Below, in pieces: positions 38,970-52,656 of a stretch of 64,000 bases of DNA; the stretch's first letter is position 1, and the number at the start of each line of letters is the position of its first letter. The notes under the pieces were generated by a model. That model made no database searches. It saw nothing but the letters and a program-made list of their open reading frames with translations, and had not been told where the DNA came from. Made by a program: the position numbers and the translations under genes. The stretch comes from Camelus dromedarius (Eukaryota). The stretch covers positions 93,622,001 to 93,686,000 of the forward strand of contig NC_087472.1 in the NCBI RefSeq assembly GCF_036321535.1, written 5' to 3'.

Positions 38970-39430
38970 TATTCTTCATTTATTCATGAGGGTCATTTGC
39001 AAAACATGAAGTTTCTCTATAATACCCTCAGTAGCAGAGAAAATAGTATGACATATAAGCTCAGTATATAATGCTGATAATAGGTTATTACAACGTGTTC
39101 TAAAGCTAATCAGCTACAGTGATTCCAGAGAAGAGTGACCAAAAGGGTTTCATCATAAAAAGAATGTTAAAGTAAGCATGAGTTTGTAATTTAAGAAGAG
39201 AAAATTAAACAGAAATCCAGTTACCTACCAATACTATAAGTAGGATTAATGGATGAAAGTTACAATGTTTATAATTGAGCAGGCCTACAAATGATCATTA
39301 ATCTCAAGAGTGAGTGAGCTTTGCATCATTAAAATGCTGAAAGAAAGTCTGTAGAATTAAGTGTAAGAGCTCTTATATTTGTGTAGATAGATAGCTTGGA
39401 CAAGATGACCTATACAGTTCTATATATTTT
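38970..39430 (+). mobile_element. L3/CR1 3' remnant
   Basis: ccagagaagagtgacc...gtgagtgagc...ttggacaagatgacct resembles the L3/MIR3 3' end. Confidence 0.45.
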
Positions 39431-40181
39431 AATTCATATCAAAGGTGTGCTAACAGGCAGAACATTGGATTAGGTGGCTCATACGAAATTTATTATTATT
39501 ATTATTATTATTATTTTTACCATTTTGACCTACATTAATGATGCATAGTTCTACCTAATATAGTAGGATTTGCTATTAAATTCTGAATCACCTACATGTA
39601 GCATATTTATGTCTCCACCCTTAGAGGGATTTGATTTGCTATCAGTCTCTGGACTAGTCTCTCAACTTTTCTTTTTATTGTCCACCTGTGCGCTTCACTC
39701 ATCTTTGCCATTCTGTGGCCTGCTTTAACTGGGCATAAGCCAGTCTTTGCAATTCAAGTCTGCAGCTATTGAGTTTTAATACATGGAAAATTCTTCTTTA
39801 GCCTCATCTGATGTTAAAAGATGCTGAGATAGAACCTGGAAGTGTCTGATGCATCTCAGATGATGAGATTCTGTGGTTCTGATGCTCAGTAAACTGCTTT
39901 CCTTCTCATGCTGCTTCCCCTTTTTTCCTAATGACAGCCATGCCGACCCTACCTGTGGTCATATTGACTATCACTTCTCTTTTGGTTCCAGAGAACATTA
40001 GCTCTTTGAGGTAGAGATAATGCCATTGTGTTACTTTTTAAAATCTCTCTCAGTACCTGTTACAGAGCAGGTATTCCATAGAAAGGTCACACAACAAAGG
40101 GAAAAAAACAACTCTGATATTCTTAATGTTGCCACCAGGCGGAGCTATTTTGGCATGACAGTGAGGTCTCTATTGTAAGTA

Positions 40182-41297
40182 TGTCTTAAGTTAGACATAG
40201 ATCCTTTCCTTTCCGGTTGATTCATCGTTAGTGTAAAGAAATGCAACTGATTTTTGTACATTAATCTTGTAACCTGCTACCTCGCTGAATTCTTTTATTC
40301 TAGTAGTTTTTATGTGGAACTTTTAGGGTTTTCTATATATATTATCATGTCATCTGCATATAGTGACAATTTTACCTCTTCTTTTCCAATTTGGATCCCT
40401 TTTATTTCTCTCTCTTGCCTGATTGCTGTGGCTAGGACTTCCAAGACTACATTGAATAGGAGTGGTGATAGTGGGCAGCCTTGTCTTGTCCCAGATTTTA
40501 GTGGGAAGCTTTTGAGTTTTTCACCGTTGAGTACTGTGCTGGCTGTAGGTTTGTCACATATACCTTTTATTATGTTGAGATATGTTCCCTCTATACGCAC
40601 TTTGGTGAGAGTTTTTATCATAAATAGGTGTTGAATTTTATCAAATGCTTTTTCTGCATCTGTTGAGATGATCATGTGGTTTTTGTCCTTTCTCTTGTTG
40701 ATGTGATATATTACATTGATTGATTTGCATATGTTGAACCATCCTTGTGTCCCTGGGATGAACCCAACTTGATCATGGTGTATAATCTTTTTTACGAGCT
40801 GTTGGATTTTATTTGCTAATATTTGGTAGGGATTTTTGCATCTATGTTCATCAGTGATAGTGGTCTGTAATTCTCTTTTTTGGTGGTGTCTTTGCCTGGT
40901 TTTGGTATGAGGGTGATGGTGGCTTCATGGATCCTGAGATGAGGATGCGTGTTAAAATAATTTAAGAAAGTGCTTCCAGGGGTGTCCTGTAAGAGATAGT
41001 GGAAGCCAAGGAAGGGTGTAGACTAGAGTCAAAGTCCCTCAGATGGTAACATTAGCCTGATCCCACTGGGGAACTCTGCAGAGTAAGTTATGCCTTAGAT
41101 TTACCCTTATTCCAAGCAAGGGAGCTGCAATTTCATATTGCTACACTGTTCAGTCATTGGTTAAGACCCACCCTGGGGTGGGTGGTGGGCACATTAACTC
41201 CCAGATGCTTCAAACTTTTTGCAGCTCCAGTAGCTTGAGGATAAAAGAGCTGCATACTGGTCCTGGTGCTTGGAAGGAAAAGGGAAATGGATGGTGC

Positions 41298-41328
<31 letters not shown>

Positions 41329-41375
41329 AAGGGATTTGAGGAAATCTGGTTGGAGCACAAATATTAACAGCCACA
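40182..41375 (-). mobile_element. Ancient ERVL LTR (LTR16/LTR33-like), split by an L1 fragment
   Basis: tgtcttaagttag..agatcctgagatgaggat...; continues 40931-41375. Confidence 0.55.
40206..40925 (-). mobile_element. Internal, tailless L1 ORF2 RT fragment (younger L1)
   Basis: ORF 40310..40675 with [22 protein letters not shown]...SLYADDMI; flanked by catagatcct (40196-40205) / catggatcct (40926-40935). Confidence 0.93.
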
Positions 41376-44349
41376 GTGTATCTAAAAGCTGGCTATTGGG
41401 AGCGCTTTGTTGCTACTGCATATGCTGATGTTTGTAGATACCTAATTAGGAAAGTGAAACAAAACTAGAGTCATAGTGAACAAATGCTATTCACTTCCCC
41501 AAACTAGCTGGATGGAGGGTTTGAATCCCACATTTGCCACACACCACTTCTGCCTGTTGAATGAATGATCTGGAGCATAGTGATGGAGAGCAGGGACTGA
41601 CAGTGGAAAGGTCATTTGACGCCCTCAGTGCCTACCACTGGCAAATTAACACACAGAAAGTCAATTACTTTTCCTTTTCTTGCATGGCGCAGAAAGAAAA
41701 GTTTACAGTACAAAGTCAAAATCTTGGTAAACTTAAAACTAGGAGGAAAAATATTATGGAAGGACTCAATCCTCAGCTACTAGTTAGTCCTTTTTAAAGA
41801 AATTATTTTCAAAACAAGTCTCATATGTGATTTATAATGATCTTTGGACAAACTGATACATGTTAACGTGTGAGATGGGTCTCATTGTAATAGTTGCCAG
41901 TTCCTGAAGATGAAAGCTTTAAAGGTTTATTCAAATAAAGCAGTGACCCAACTCAGAACCTCTTATTCAATATCTTGTGGCTTTAACAGGAACTATTAAA
42001 TATGTCAGGAAGACAAAGAGTCAATATAAATTACATAAAACTTTACAGGATTTTTTTCTTGAGAAATACAGTCTTCTTCCTTTAAATAAAGGACTCTGGG
42101 AAGACTCTTGGCAGCTTCAACAACATATAAAAATACTCATTTTGCCAACATTGTGAACTTAAATTGACCTGAATCACAATGACCCATGATCTTTTGTCAT
42201 GTGGAAATTTAATTGCTAATATCTGCAACTACAAATAATACAGTAATATTATATAAAATAACTTTAATGGTAAATATAAAGTGTTTACTCATTAAATAAA
42301 GACAAAAAATTTTCAAGAAGAATTAAACCTCATATAAAATAAGTTACTGTAAAGTAGAAGACAATAATCCATCTTTATTGGATACCCTTTAAAACAAATT
42401 TTTGTATTTTGCTTTCTCATATATCCTTTTCAATATTGGTCTTTCCCTTCCCTGATTTCATAGGAAATTCCTGTATGCAGAGACAATTCTTAGAATGCAT
42501 TTACTAAATATACCAGCAGTTTGACCTTAATAAAATATTTGTATGTGTCTAAGTCTTATTTAAATATTAAAACCAAAAAAAAAAAAATATGATGCGGTTT
42601 TGTTCTGGTATTCTATGACCAGAAATAATTATTTGAATTTCTACAATATGTTAGTTTTGTAGTAAAAGTAATTTTGTGGTATAAACATAGACTCTGGGAA
42701 CTTCAGGTTAGAAAATATGTAGTATCTGAGCAATCATATAACTTAGACCACTTATCTTACAAATGAGAAAACTAAAGTCAAGAAAGTCAGAGAGTAAAGG
42801 CTTAAAATGTGGACTATTTCTGAAAGATACTTCAATAGCGAATTATTCAAAGAATTGATAAACCATTTCAGCCATGACTATATAAATTTAACCCAGTCAC
42901 ATAAGGCAAATATACTGCTCTTTTTAATAAAATGAATTACTACTAACTGATATGCTTTTACATGATGAAAGATTGTACAGTAAATGATTGATCTGATTCA
43001 AATCAGTGTACTGAAAAAAATTGTTTTTCTGCTTCAGTTTGCTTTTGTTAATGGGATTTAATTTTAGAGAGAACCTCCCATAGAACATGAATGCAATTCA
43101 GGGTGGTGCAGCGGTAATGACCTGGTTGTCTTGCCACCTATTCAGGAGAAGAGACTTAGTGTTTCACAATCTAGGGATACGTTATGCCAGGGCTATTCCC
43201 TGTCTCTACTCCTATTTACTGTATCTGCTTTTGCCACCACTCTACCCTCTTTCTGCTCTTATCTTTATTGCAAAGTCTCTACTGATCCACTGCTTCTGCT
43301 TGCTGATGTGTGTGTGTGCATGTGTGTGTATTTAATTTCTGCCTTTGCTATAAACAGCTATGTCACTCACATCCAAACTTACCCAAATAAAGGATTCCTT
43401 TAGTCACCGCTGAGTACAAGGGGCTCCTCCATTAGCCCAACTCAAGGGCGCTAGCCCATCTCTATATATTTACTCCTAAGACAGGACCCCATCTTTGGGC
43501 AATAAACTTTGGTCAGAGAACCTATTCCTACTCCTTCAGCAATATATTGGGTCTAACCTTTAGCAGAGCCATCCCTGTCTGACCTCACCTTCCATGTTGT
43601 GTTTCTAAGTAAGCAAGGAGAATGCAGAGTTAACCTTCTAATTCCACCTATCCAATCACCTAACACTGACTAAATCAAGTTTATTTTCATAGATAAAGTG
43701 TTTTCAAATGTATTAACAACTCAAAGTGTATTTCCTATGCTTGGCAATGCCTGGAATTCCTTCATGGTAGAACACAACAATTAAAGCATTAAAGTACCAA
43801 TTCTTGGCTGAGGGCAGAGGTCAATTAACCAGTTGCTCAACTACTCTAAATGCTTGAATATTGATACTTCCCTGTTTCAGAGAGGAATTGGACAATAGAA
43901 ATTGGATGGGCAAAAAAAAAAAAAAAAGAGAGAGAGAGAGAAGGGAGTAGTAGCCTATAATGTGTAGGGAAAGAACTGTTGAAAAGGAAGACTAGGAATC
44001 CGTGAATACAATTTCCAGTCTTTAAGAGATTTTTTTCATTATTGTTTAGCTCTAATTTTACATAAAAGGAGAGAAATGACTTACAGTGTTACTGATTTTT
44101 CTCATACACATTCATACTCATGCTTATTTTAACACCATTTTTAAGATCCTGCATGACTGTTGACAGTGGTTGATGTGTTTTATGAAGTTTTTTTTTTTCC
44201 CTGACTCAACCACATTCATTGTAGAACAGTTTTATTATCTTGGGATTTTAGGGCAGGAGCAAACTTTCACAATCTTGCCGTTGAATTATATCCACTCTTA
44301 AACTCTGTGCCACTGTTTAATCCATAGAGACCCTGTCTAACTCATCCTT

Positions 44350-45290
44350 CTGATGAACCTCTATAGTCATGACTTCCTGCAATAGGATCTAGGAAGAAGG
44401 AAGTAAACAGCATCTTAAATGCCTGAGTATGGTGCCAGAGATTGAGAGGGATGGGTTTTGCTACCTAGGAAAAAAATTTTGGATCTCAGCTATCTGGTAC
44501 AAAATAAAGAATATGCTTGCACATCTTGATTTCCCTACCACTAAACACCCTTGGGTGACCTCTACAGATATTTGAGAAATATACCATATTATGTTGTTCT
44601 AGTTAGATCTATTTGCTGGATAAAGCAAAAGCCTGTCAGCTTTAGTGGGGCCCTGAGCAAAGACTTTCTAGCTGGTCCAAGGCACAGGACAAGTGACTTT
44701 GTCAACTGGCCCTGCTAAGACAGCACATGCTGTGGTGCTTGAATTGTCGAAGGCAGATGAGGATGTGCTATCAAGGCTGTTGTCAACCATGGAAGAAGAA
44801 TCATGGAGGAAGATCCAAGACTCTGGGGGCTAAGTTACACCTGCTTTACCAACTGTTTTCTTCTTGAGAAGAACCTGTGGATCAGTTCACAGAGACTGAA
44901 TTCCTACCATGGGAATACTTGACTCTAGCCACTATCATAAACTGGGTACAATCCATTGTGCCCAGCCATAAAATCTGGTATAGTCAGCAGCTCTTAAATA
45001 TCAAGTGAAATCATACATGTACAGCACTGAGCCTGAGCAAGTTCTAAAGGCATAAGTAATTTACATAAGCAGATAACTCATACTTCCAGAGTGCCTTACT
45101 CCTACCAAATGACTTCTCCTTCTTCAAACTACATCTGTGGCCTGCTGGGGAATTCCCTATGACAAATTAAGTAGGGGGAAAAAAGCTCAAATCGTAATTA
45201 CAAGTAGCTCTGCCTTATAGCAAAAATGAACTCCTGCAGCATTACAGCCCCCAGGAGGAACCTTTAAGATAAGTGAGAAATGGAATCCTT
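44350..45290 (+). mobile_element. Highly decayed ERVL/MaLR internal (pol-derived) fragment
   Basis: gctttagtggggccctgagcaa, cttgagaagaac, atcataaactggg, aggcataagtaatttacataagcag resemble the ERVL RT connection region. Confidence 0.6.
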
Positions 45291-45611
45291 GAACCAAGAG
45301 TGATCCAAGTAGTGTTGAAACATTTTTGATCACTGGCTCCTAGAAATACTCTTTCCCCTTAACTTCTCTGATATTATTCTCTTTTTGTCTTCCTCTCAAA
45401 TTTCTAGTCATCCCTTCTCTGTACGTTTTGAAGACTAATCTTCCTCCATATATAATTAATATTTGAGTTCATCAGGTTTAGTTATATACTCTCTTTTCTT
45501 TCCATACTACATTCAAACTAGGCAATTTTACATGGCTTCAATTGTTATAGATACCTCAATAATTCCTTCATTTACATCTCTAGCCTAGGACTCTAAGCTT
45601 TAGATCCATAT

Positions 45612-46220
45612 GCTTTTCTTTATTGTGGCAAAAAGAAAAATATATATATATAACATAAAATGTATTGTTTAAACTATTTTAAAGTGTATAGTTTAGTAGC
45701 ATTAAGTTCATTCATATTGTTATGCTACCATCACCACTATCCATCTTCAGAACTTCTTCATCTCAAACTGAAACCCCATACCCACTAAATAGTAACTCCT
45801 GTTATCCTCTCCCTTCAGCCCCTGGCAACCACCATTTTACTTTCTGTCTCTATGACTTAGCCTATTCTATGTACTTCATATAAGTAGAATCATGCAATAT
45901 TTGTCCTTTTGTGTCTTTCTTATTTCACTTAGCCTGATATTTTCAAAGTTCATCCATGTTGTAGCATGTATTAGAATTTCATTCATTTCTAAGGTTGAAT
46001 AACATTTCATCAATATACCACATTTTGTTTATCCGTTCACCCATTGGTAGTTATTTGTGGTGTTTCCATTTTTTTAGCTACTGTGAAAGATGCTACTATG
46101 AACATTGGTGTTCAAATATCTGTTTGAGGTCTCTGCTTTAAATTCTTTTGTGTAGATACACAGGAGTGGAATTGCTGTAATATATGGTAATTCTATGTTT
46201 AATTTTTTGAGGAGCCACGG
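45612..46220 (-). mobile_element. L1MA/MB-like 3' end inserted in an L2 (about 45300-47000, +)
   Basis: cctggcaaccaccattttactttctgtctctatga; ORF 46074..46433 includes LKKLNIELPY. Confidence 0.85.
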
Positions 46221-49200
46221 TACCATATACTTTTGATATACTTCCCTTTGCATTTGAATGTGACATAGACTCTTTAAAATAAAATAAAATAAAATAAAAA
46301 ATAAAGTTTTGTCTTTTCCCCAAATATGGTCCTTCATTAGTGTTCCCTTGGAGAATGGCACTGCCAACCAGGAGGTATATAAACCAGAAAATAAGAAGTT
46401 ACTTGTGATATAACCCTGTTCCCCACCTTTCATATCATTGTCTTGTCAGTTTTAATTCTGCAATATTCTTTCACTTGTTTATTTCTGTCCTTATCACCAT
46501 TTCTCTAGAAAGAATTCTCACTATAATTTTGATTATTGCAATAGCCTTCCTACCGGTTTACTCACAACCATTCTTACTTTACCTCCTTACAAACACTGCC
46601 CTACAATATGTTCCAAAAGTTCAAATCATAATCGTGTCACCCACCTGCTGAGAAACATTCAATGGTTTAACACTGTTAGGACAAAGGGCATAATTCTTAA
46701 TATGGCTGGCAAAGCCCGCATCATCTGGCCTCCACTTCCTAAGCTTCATCTCCACAGAGCCTGCCTCTTTCTCTGATCTCCCATCATATTGCGCTTCCTT
46801 GGATTTTTTAACGGATCTCCTACCTGGGTTATATGGTAAATAATACTCACTCTAACTAGGAACCTACTCTCTTTTCCTCATCATCACCATATAGAAGCTC
46901 TCCTTCACCACTAAGATCAGGTTAAACCTCCTCTTATGGCTCTCATTAATGCATTTCTCTTTTTCCTAACATCTTATCACAGAAATATTTCTGACTTTTA
47001 TTTGTTTGGGTTTTTATTAAAATCTATCTTACCCATTAGAAAAAAAAATGAGTCAATTTATGTCTCTATGGAATCCCCAGAATTCAAGCTCCCTTCTCCG
47101 ATAAGGGTCTGGCATTGCCTTATTCGTGTTGGCATCCCCAGCATCTAGCATATTTAGGGATCAGTCATGTTTCCTGAACTGATCACTGTGATTCCAAGTT
47201 GAACAGAGCTTTAAAAATTAGCCATAAGCACACCCTTGTCCACCGTTATGTTTCTACCCATCTCTTTAAGAAAATCCTACAAACCTTTTCTTTGTAGGGT
47301 AGTTAGCTCACTCTTTCTTTTTCCTAGAGGAAAAGGACAACATTTTGTTCAGTCAGGAAAATAAGAGAAGCAGGGGAAAAAAGTCTGGAGAGAGTTAAGA
47401 AACGAGTCTAGGCAAATTTGTTCCAGGGTGAATGCAAACTCCTAATTGTCACAATTTGTTGAAGTGGAGAAAAATACATTAAAATCAATAGATGAATACT
47501 GAATGCCAAGAACTACACTGATTTCCTCTAGTTAAAAAAACACATCTGCAACAGCAACTCTAGTTGGAGTTGTTGCCTCATTAAGGTTATGGTAATCTAC
47601 TGCCCTTCAAGTCCCATAAACATTCTGCACTGACCAAACTGAAGAACCAATAGTGATGTGCTGACAAGGGCCACTCCTGCTTCTTTTGATTCATTCGTGG
47701 TGGCTCCAGTCTCTGCTATTCCCCCAGGGATGTTTTATTTACGATTTCGGTGAGAAACAGAAGATTCAAAGGATTCTTGAAACTTCCTAAGGTAACAAAA
47801 CACCCATGTTATTTATATCATGTTATTTATAAGTAGGTGTGCATTTATGCATACACACATACATACACAAATACTAAACATATACAAATTTATATATCAG
47901 ACCATGCAGACTTAGATTGAAACTTCCTTTGAAATCTGAGCACTGAAAATTTCTACTCCAGACTACAGTGACATTTGTATTTTCAAAAATTAGTGTTAAT
48001 CAGTAACTTTTACAATTGTACCTGTGGTATTTGGATTTCACTTTCTCAGTATTTAGTGACTCAGGTTAATCAGCATAAGTCACTCTGAGAAGAGAAGAGA
48101 TACAGAATACTTTACTTACATTTGGTGTTACAGCAGTGACTTCACTGGTATCACAAACTCCTCTGGGCTTAGGAACTGATTCAAGATTGGAAATGGGGTA
48201 GTAAATTGTGACTCTCTTTCAGGTTGCCTTAAGGCAGAGCTAAAGTTTTGTTTCATTTTGCTCAACATTTGATTATGCAAATGAAGTCAGACTTAAGATA
48301 TCTTATGATTAATTAGGCATAGCCAGAGATCTTTGCAAGTCAGGGCATCCTTTGACAGCTGAGGACCATGCTTTCTCTGCTGCCTGTTGTGTTAAATATG
48401 TCCACTTTGTTTCTGGTAGGTTATTGCATTCTGCAACCTTTTGATACCATGGAGACTGGGAAGCCAATTAAATTGTATTTCATCCTAGTAGCATTTCTGG
48501 TCTAAAACCAATAAAGCACTCTTTAAATATTTGTGTGTTGTCAATATCTACGTCTTCCTCAAGACCTTGGTGAAGCAAGGCTCTTTGGGTATGAGAGTGA
48601 ATATGTGGGTCACATGGTATGAGTACCACAGAGCATTCCTATTCCTCAGAGGATTTGACTACCTTCTGTGCTATGTCATTATCATTTAAAGTGTTTAACA
48701 TAATCACATCCAAGTTTGCATTAGTCAACCGGAAGACTATTAAGGAATCAGCCATCTGTCCAACTAGTGCACTGGATGCATAACATCTACTAAATTAATA
48801 CATGTAAAATAATCAGTCTGATCTAAAGATATATTACACCTTCTTTGGTTGGTATTTTCATAATTTATTTCCATGATTATTTACCAGATTTTTTGATGTT
48901 TTTAACAAACTCTATAATATTTTAACTTGAATGCCGCTTTATACTATTTTTACTTTACACTTCACTATGTCCCCCTACCAGGCCATGCTGAATTTGGATG
49001 TTGGTGCCCAGGCAAGCAAATAGGGGATAAAAGTGAATTTGTTAGTGTCCTCAACCAAGAGACAGGGGACTACTTCCCTCGGCAAAGTCTACATACTGGG
49101 ATTTTGGAGGGTGTTTTGGATGGTCCAAGATCATCTATGTCTTCTAAATCTTGCCATTACATTGACTAAAATATTACTGTTTTTCAGATCAATTTTACAT

Positions 49201-49223
49201 TTGGGACTTTGATTTTAAATGGA

Positions 49224-49224
49224 A

Positions 49225-49272
<48 letters not shown>

Positions 49273-49290
49273 TTTTTATATATATATATA
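49224..49290. repeat. Compound (TA)n(TG)n(TA)n microsatellite
   Basis: Direct reading. Confidence 0.93.
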
Positions 49291-50014
49291 GTGCTTGGAA
49301 CAAGAAACGATCACATGGAATATTCATAAAAGCAAGTCCAAGTTTGTCTTTTTCAGTACCTATAAAACCTGCTTGGTGCAGGTGATCCTTTTATCACTGG
49401 ATGTTAAAAAGGGCTGGCCCCTTGATTTCTCAGCTCTTAAGAAGCAGAAAGTCCTATGGTTACTCCAAGCCAAAAACAAGTCCTGGATTCTGTAACTGAC
49501 AGCAGCCAGTCCAAAATATTGTTCAGTCCTTCCATCTCAGTTTGTAGATAAATATTCTTTCACCTTTCTACAGCCTAACGTTTCTACTCCTCCCTTAGGT
49601 TCCTTAAACTCTGCCTGTGTCAAAACACTGGGAGAGATGAACATTAAGGCAAATAAGGAAGTTCTTCCCTGAATGCCATTATTGCATGATGGCTGCAGAC
49701 TCTATGAACCTGAACATGAGGAAGTCAGTGTGTGCACTTTCATTGATTCTTCAGAGGTGCTACTGCTTGGCTCTCTAGCTCTCCTTTGGCAGAGGTGATA
49801 CATTCTATTTCTCCAGCTTCTATTCCCTACCTTAGGCCCTAGTTTTCTAGTATTCCACTCTTTCTAATTTTGTCTAAGGAAAGAAGGCCCATATAATTAG
49901 TATTTTGGACTAATGTGACTTAACATTCTTCCTGGAAATAGGCAGAGAGGGCAAAATAAATGAAATAAATAGCATCTACTGAAAATAATAACTGCTTGGA
50001 AAAGTGATGTTATC

Positions 50015-50017
<3 letters not shown>

Positions 50018-50068
<51 letters not shown>
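50018..50068. repeat. (CA)n microsatellite, about 25 units
   Basis: Direct reading. Confidence 0.95.
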
Positions 50069-50072
<4 letters not shown>

Positions 50073-50329
50073 CATATTTTTTAAACTAACCTCTTACATA
50101 ATGATACATCTGTACTCCAATTTTACAGAAAATTAAATTGTTAAATAGAGGGACAAAGAAGTTAACTTGCCAAATGTCACACAATGTAACAAGTGGAAAA
50201 GTATGTCTGGCTAAATGTCCATACTTTTAACTATTATGTTATCCTAATTCACTAAAGAAAAAAAAAACTGATTTGATTCTAACAAATCCATATTTGGAAA
50301 AGTAAGGAAATTTGCAAGTTAGGATGGGT

Positions 50330-50650
50330 GATTCAGGGTGTGGTCTCTAGGTACAGGCTTCCTGGTTTGATATGTAAAGTCTTTTACCTTCTAGTTTTGC
50401 AATCTTGGGCAAGACAGTTAAACACCATGCCTGAGCTACATTATCTAATAAACAGGAGTACACATAGAGTATTATACCTTGTTAGTATTGGGTTGTTATG
50501 AAGGGTTGTTATGAAAAATAAATGCATTAATTACATGTGAAGCATTTAGAAAAATGCTTGGCATACAGTAATGATGTACTACATATAAAGTGGCTCAAAA
50601 ATATTTGGCATATGGAAAGAATTCAGTAAAAGTAATTATTATCACTGTTA
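50330..50650 (+). mobile_element. MIR SINE
   Basis: aatcttgggcaagac..ttaa...gggttgttatga...gaagcatttagaaaaatgcttggcataca. Confidence 0.75.
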
Positions 50651-52059
50651 TGATTGCTAATATTACTCCTACTCTCAACTCTTTTCTAAAGCTCAGGTGG
50701 ATCTTTGGATTCTTTAGAACTTTCAAGAAAATAAATTATAGTCATATAAATATAACTGATACATCCGAGAATATTTCCAGTTGCCTTGCTTTAGGAATGG
50801 CGTGTGTACATCTGTGAGTGTGTGTCTGTGGAAGAGATATAGTTACCCCAAACTCAGGAGCTTCTGGAGACTCTAGGCCTCAACTACTATATATTTAAGT
50901 CAGTATGTCCTGAGGAGAAATTTCCTCTCTCTTCAATCTAAAATAGTATAGAAGCAGTTGCTAGCTTCATAACTAATTCAAATAATATGCAGAGACTTTT
51001 TTTTTATCGCTCCAACTGGAAATCCAGATTTGACACGTGAAAAGGCAATGTGAAAGATTTTGAGGAAATAACCACTCTTTATCCGAAATTGAGGGATTTT
51101 ATTTATCACATATAAAGGTTAACCCTGTAGTTGTCTTGGCCTCAATTCTTCAGACTACACTAGTCAAAAATAACTTTTTGCCAGCTGCGTTTATTCTTGC
51201 TATAGGTGAAGGCCATTTTTCTCAAAGTGATTAACTGGCAGTAGTACTCAATCCATTTATCCTTCTTAGGCTCCCCTATTGTAATGCATTGCAATACTCT
51301 CCCCTCTCTGTGAAGCTACAAATAGGCAGGAGCTGTGAAAACTCGAACTTGGAGTTTCTTAAAAATGAAAGTCTGAGACCTAATGAAATTGCTCCAACAT
51401 AATGTTGGGAATGTTTGAGAAAATGTAGTGTTCTTCATCTTCTTGAGTGGTTTGCTTGGCACATGTTGTATTTTAACTGATCGCAAGCCAGAGAAAATGA
51501 TGTGAATGTCACTGAATAATTAATTAGCATAGGCTAGAAATGCTAGCCAATGCAAGGTTCAAAAGTGATTGCCCAAATAACCCAGACCCTATGCTTTGCA
51601 TTACCTCAGTTCCATGACTACCTTTGGATAAGCTAAACTGCACAAACTAGATCTGTCAAAGAATATTTCACACTAATAATATTAACAGATTATTTCACAG
51701 CAATTCAACCAAAAGCAAACACTCTGTTTGATATGGGATCTTTATATATGTTGAAATTATTTTGATATAATACTTCAGCATGCTTTTCTCTAGGTCATGT
51801 CAGTTTCTAACATTGCATACATAATTTTGTTTTCCCTTAGGGAATTACTTTCATTCTGAAGATTTTAGTCCCATATTTAGACTGTTTATGAGCTTAATTT
51901 AAACTTCCTTTAGTATAGTATGTAAAATTCAATACTTCATTCTGGGTTCATTGTTCTAAAAATAGACATGCTTTGAGGTTTCAAGGAACTCAATTCAATA
52001 AGTCAATTCATGACTTATTTTGAAAATGATGCTCTCTAAATATATTAAAACTACTGAGT

Positions 52060-52237
52060 GTATATTTCAGTTGAAAGTGACAGAAAACAGCCAAAATTAG
52101 CCTTAGCAAATAGGAATGTGTAGTGTCAAGAAAATGCAAAGACCAGGTATGGCTTTTCAGAAACTCAGGAATATCTCTGGGCCTTGGGTTTCCTCTCTTC
52201 CTCTCTTGGCTCTGCTTCCTTTGGGTGGGTATCATTG
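52060..52237 (-). mobile_element. Old MaLR LTR (MLT1J/K/N-like), target of the ERV-S insertion; resumes at about 56110
   Basis: tttcagttgaaagtgacagaaaac..caaaattagccttagcaaa...tggctctgcttcct...cattg|aagcaggttctc. Confidence 0.65.
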
Positions 52238-52589
52238 TGTCAGCAGTCTTAAGTGAGTAGGCCGTGGGACCCAGGTCAAAGTTCACAATACCTTTCATGT
52301 GTATGAGGTAAGAAGTAAATGTATGCATGTGCTAGTGGCATGAGTAAGCATTATAAACAATACGCATGCGCCAATAGCATGAGTCAGCATTATAAACAAT
52401 ATGCATGCACAAGCATAATAAAAGGACAAGCATGTACACCTGCGGGCGCCACCTGCCACCAGCTCGTACTGCAATAAAGTGCCGTTTTGCTCCATGTCAG
52501 CTCTTTGCGCATTATGTCGGCTCCTCATGCCTTTTTCCTGTTGGGCAGCTCACCTCCTGGGATCCCTCTCCAGCCTCCCGCGGCTGACA
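52238..52589 (+). repeat. 5' LTR (352 bp)
   Basis: Termini tgtcagc...gctgaca (7-bp inverted repeat); tandem U3 repeats; AATAAA in R; homologous to 55778-56104. Confidence 0.96.
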
Positions 52590-52591
52590 CT

Positions 52592-52609
52592 TGGCGTAGT
52601 CGGCAGGAT
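52592..52609 (+). promoter_or_regulatory. Primer binding site complementary to tRNA-Ser
   Basis: TGGCGTAGTCGGCAGGAT is the complement of the tRNA-Ser 3' end AUCCUGCCGACUACGCCA and lies 2 nt after the LTR. Confidence 0.93.
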
Positions 52610-52656
52610 GAAGTGAGTGCCCCTCTGTTCCCCCTTCCTCTGATGGGGAAGCTCGG

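Noticed and set aside
39803..39885. tcatctga/tcagatga inverted repeat with C/D-box-like words
   Set aside because: The C-like and D-like boxes are too close and there is no terminal stem; snoRNA not supported.
52320..52420. Spaced repeats as a CRISPR-like array
   Set aside because: Mammalian LTR U3 tandem repeats, duplicated in the 3' LTR, with no unique spacers or cas genes.
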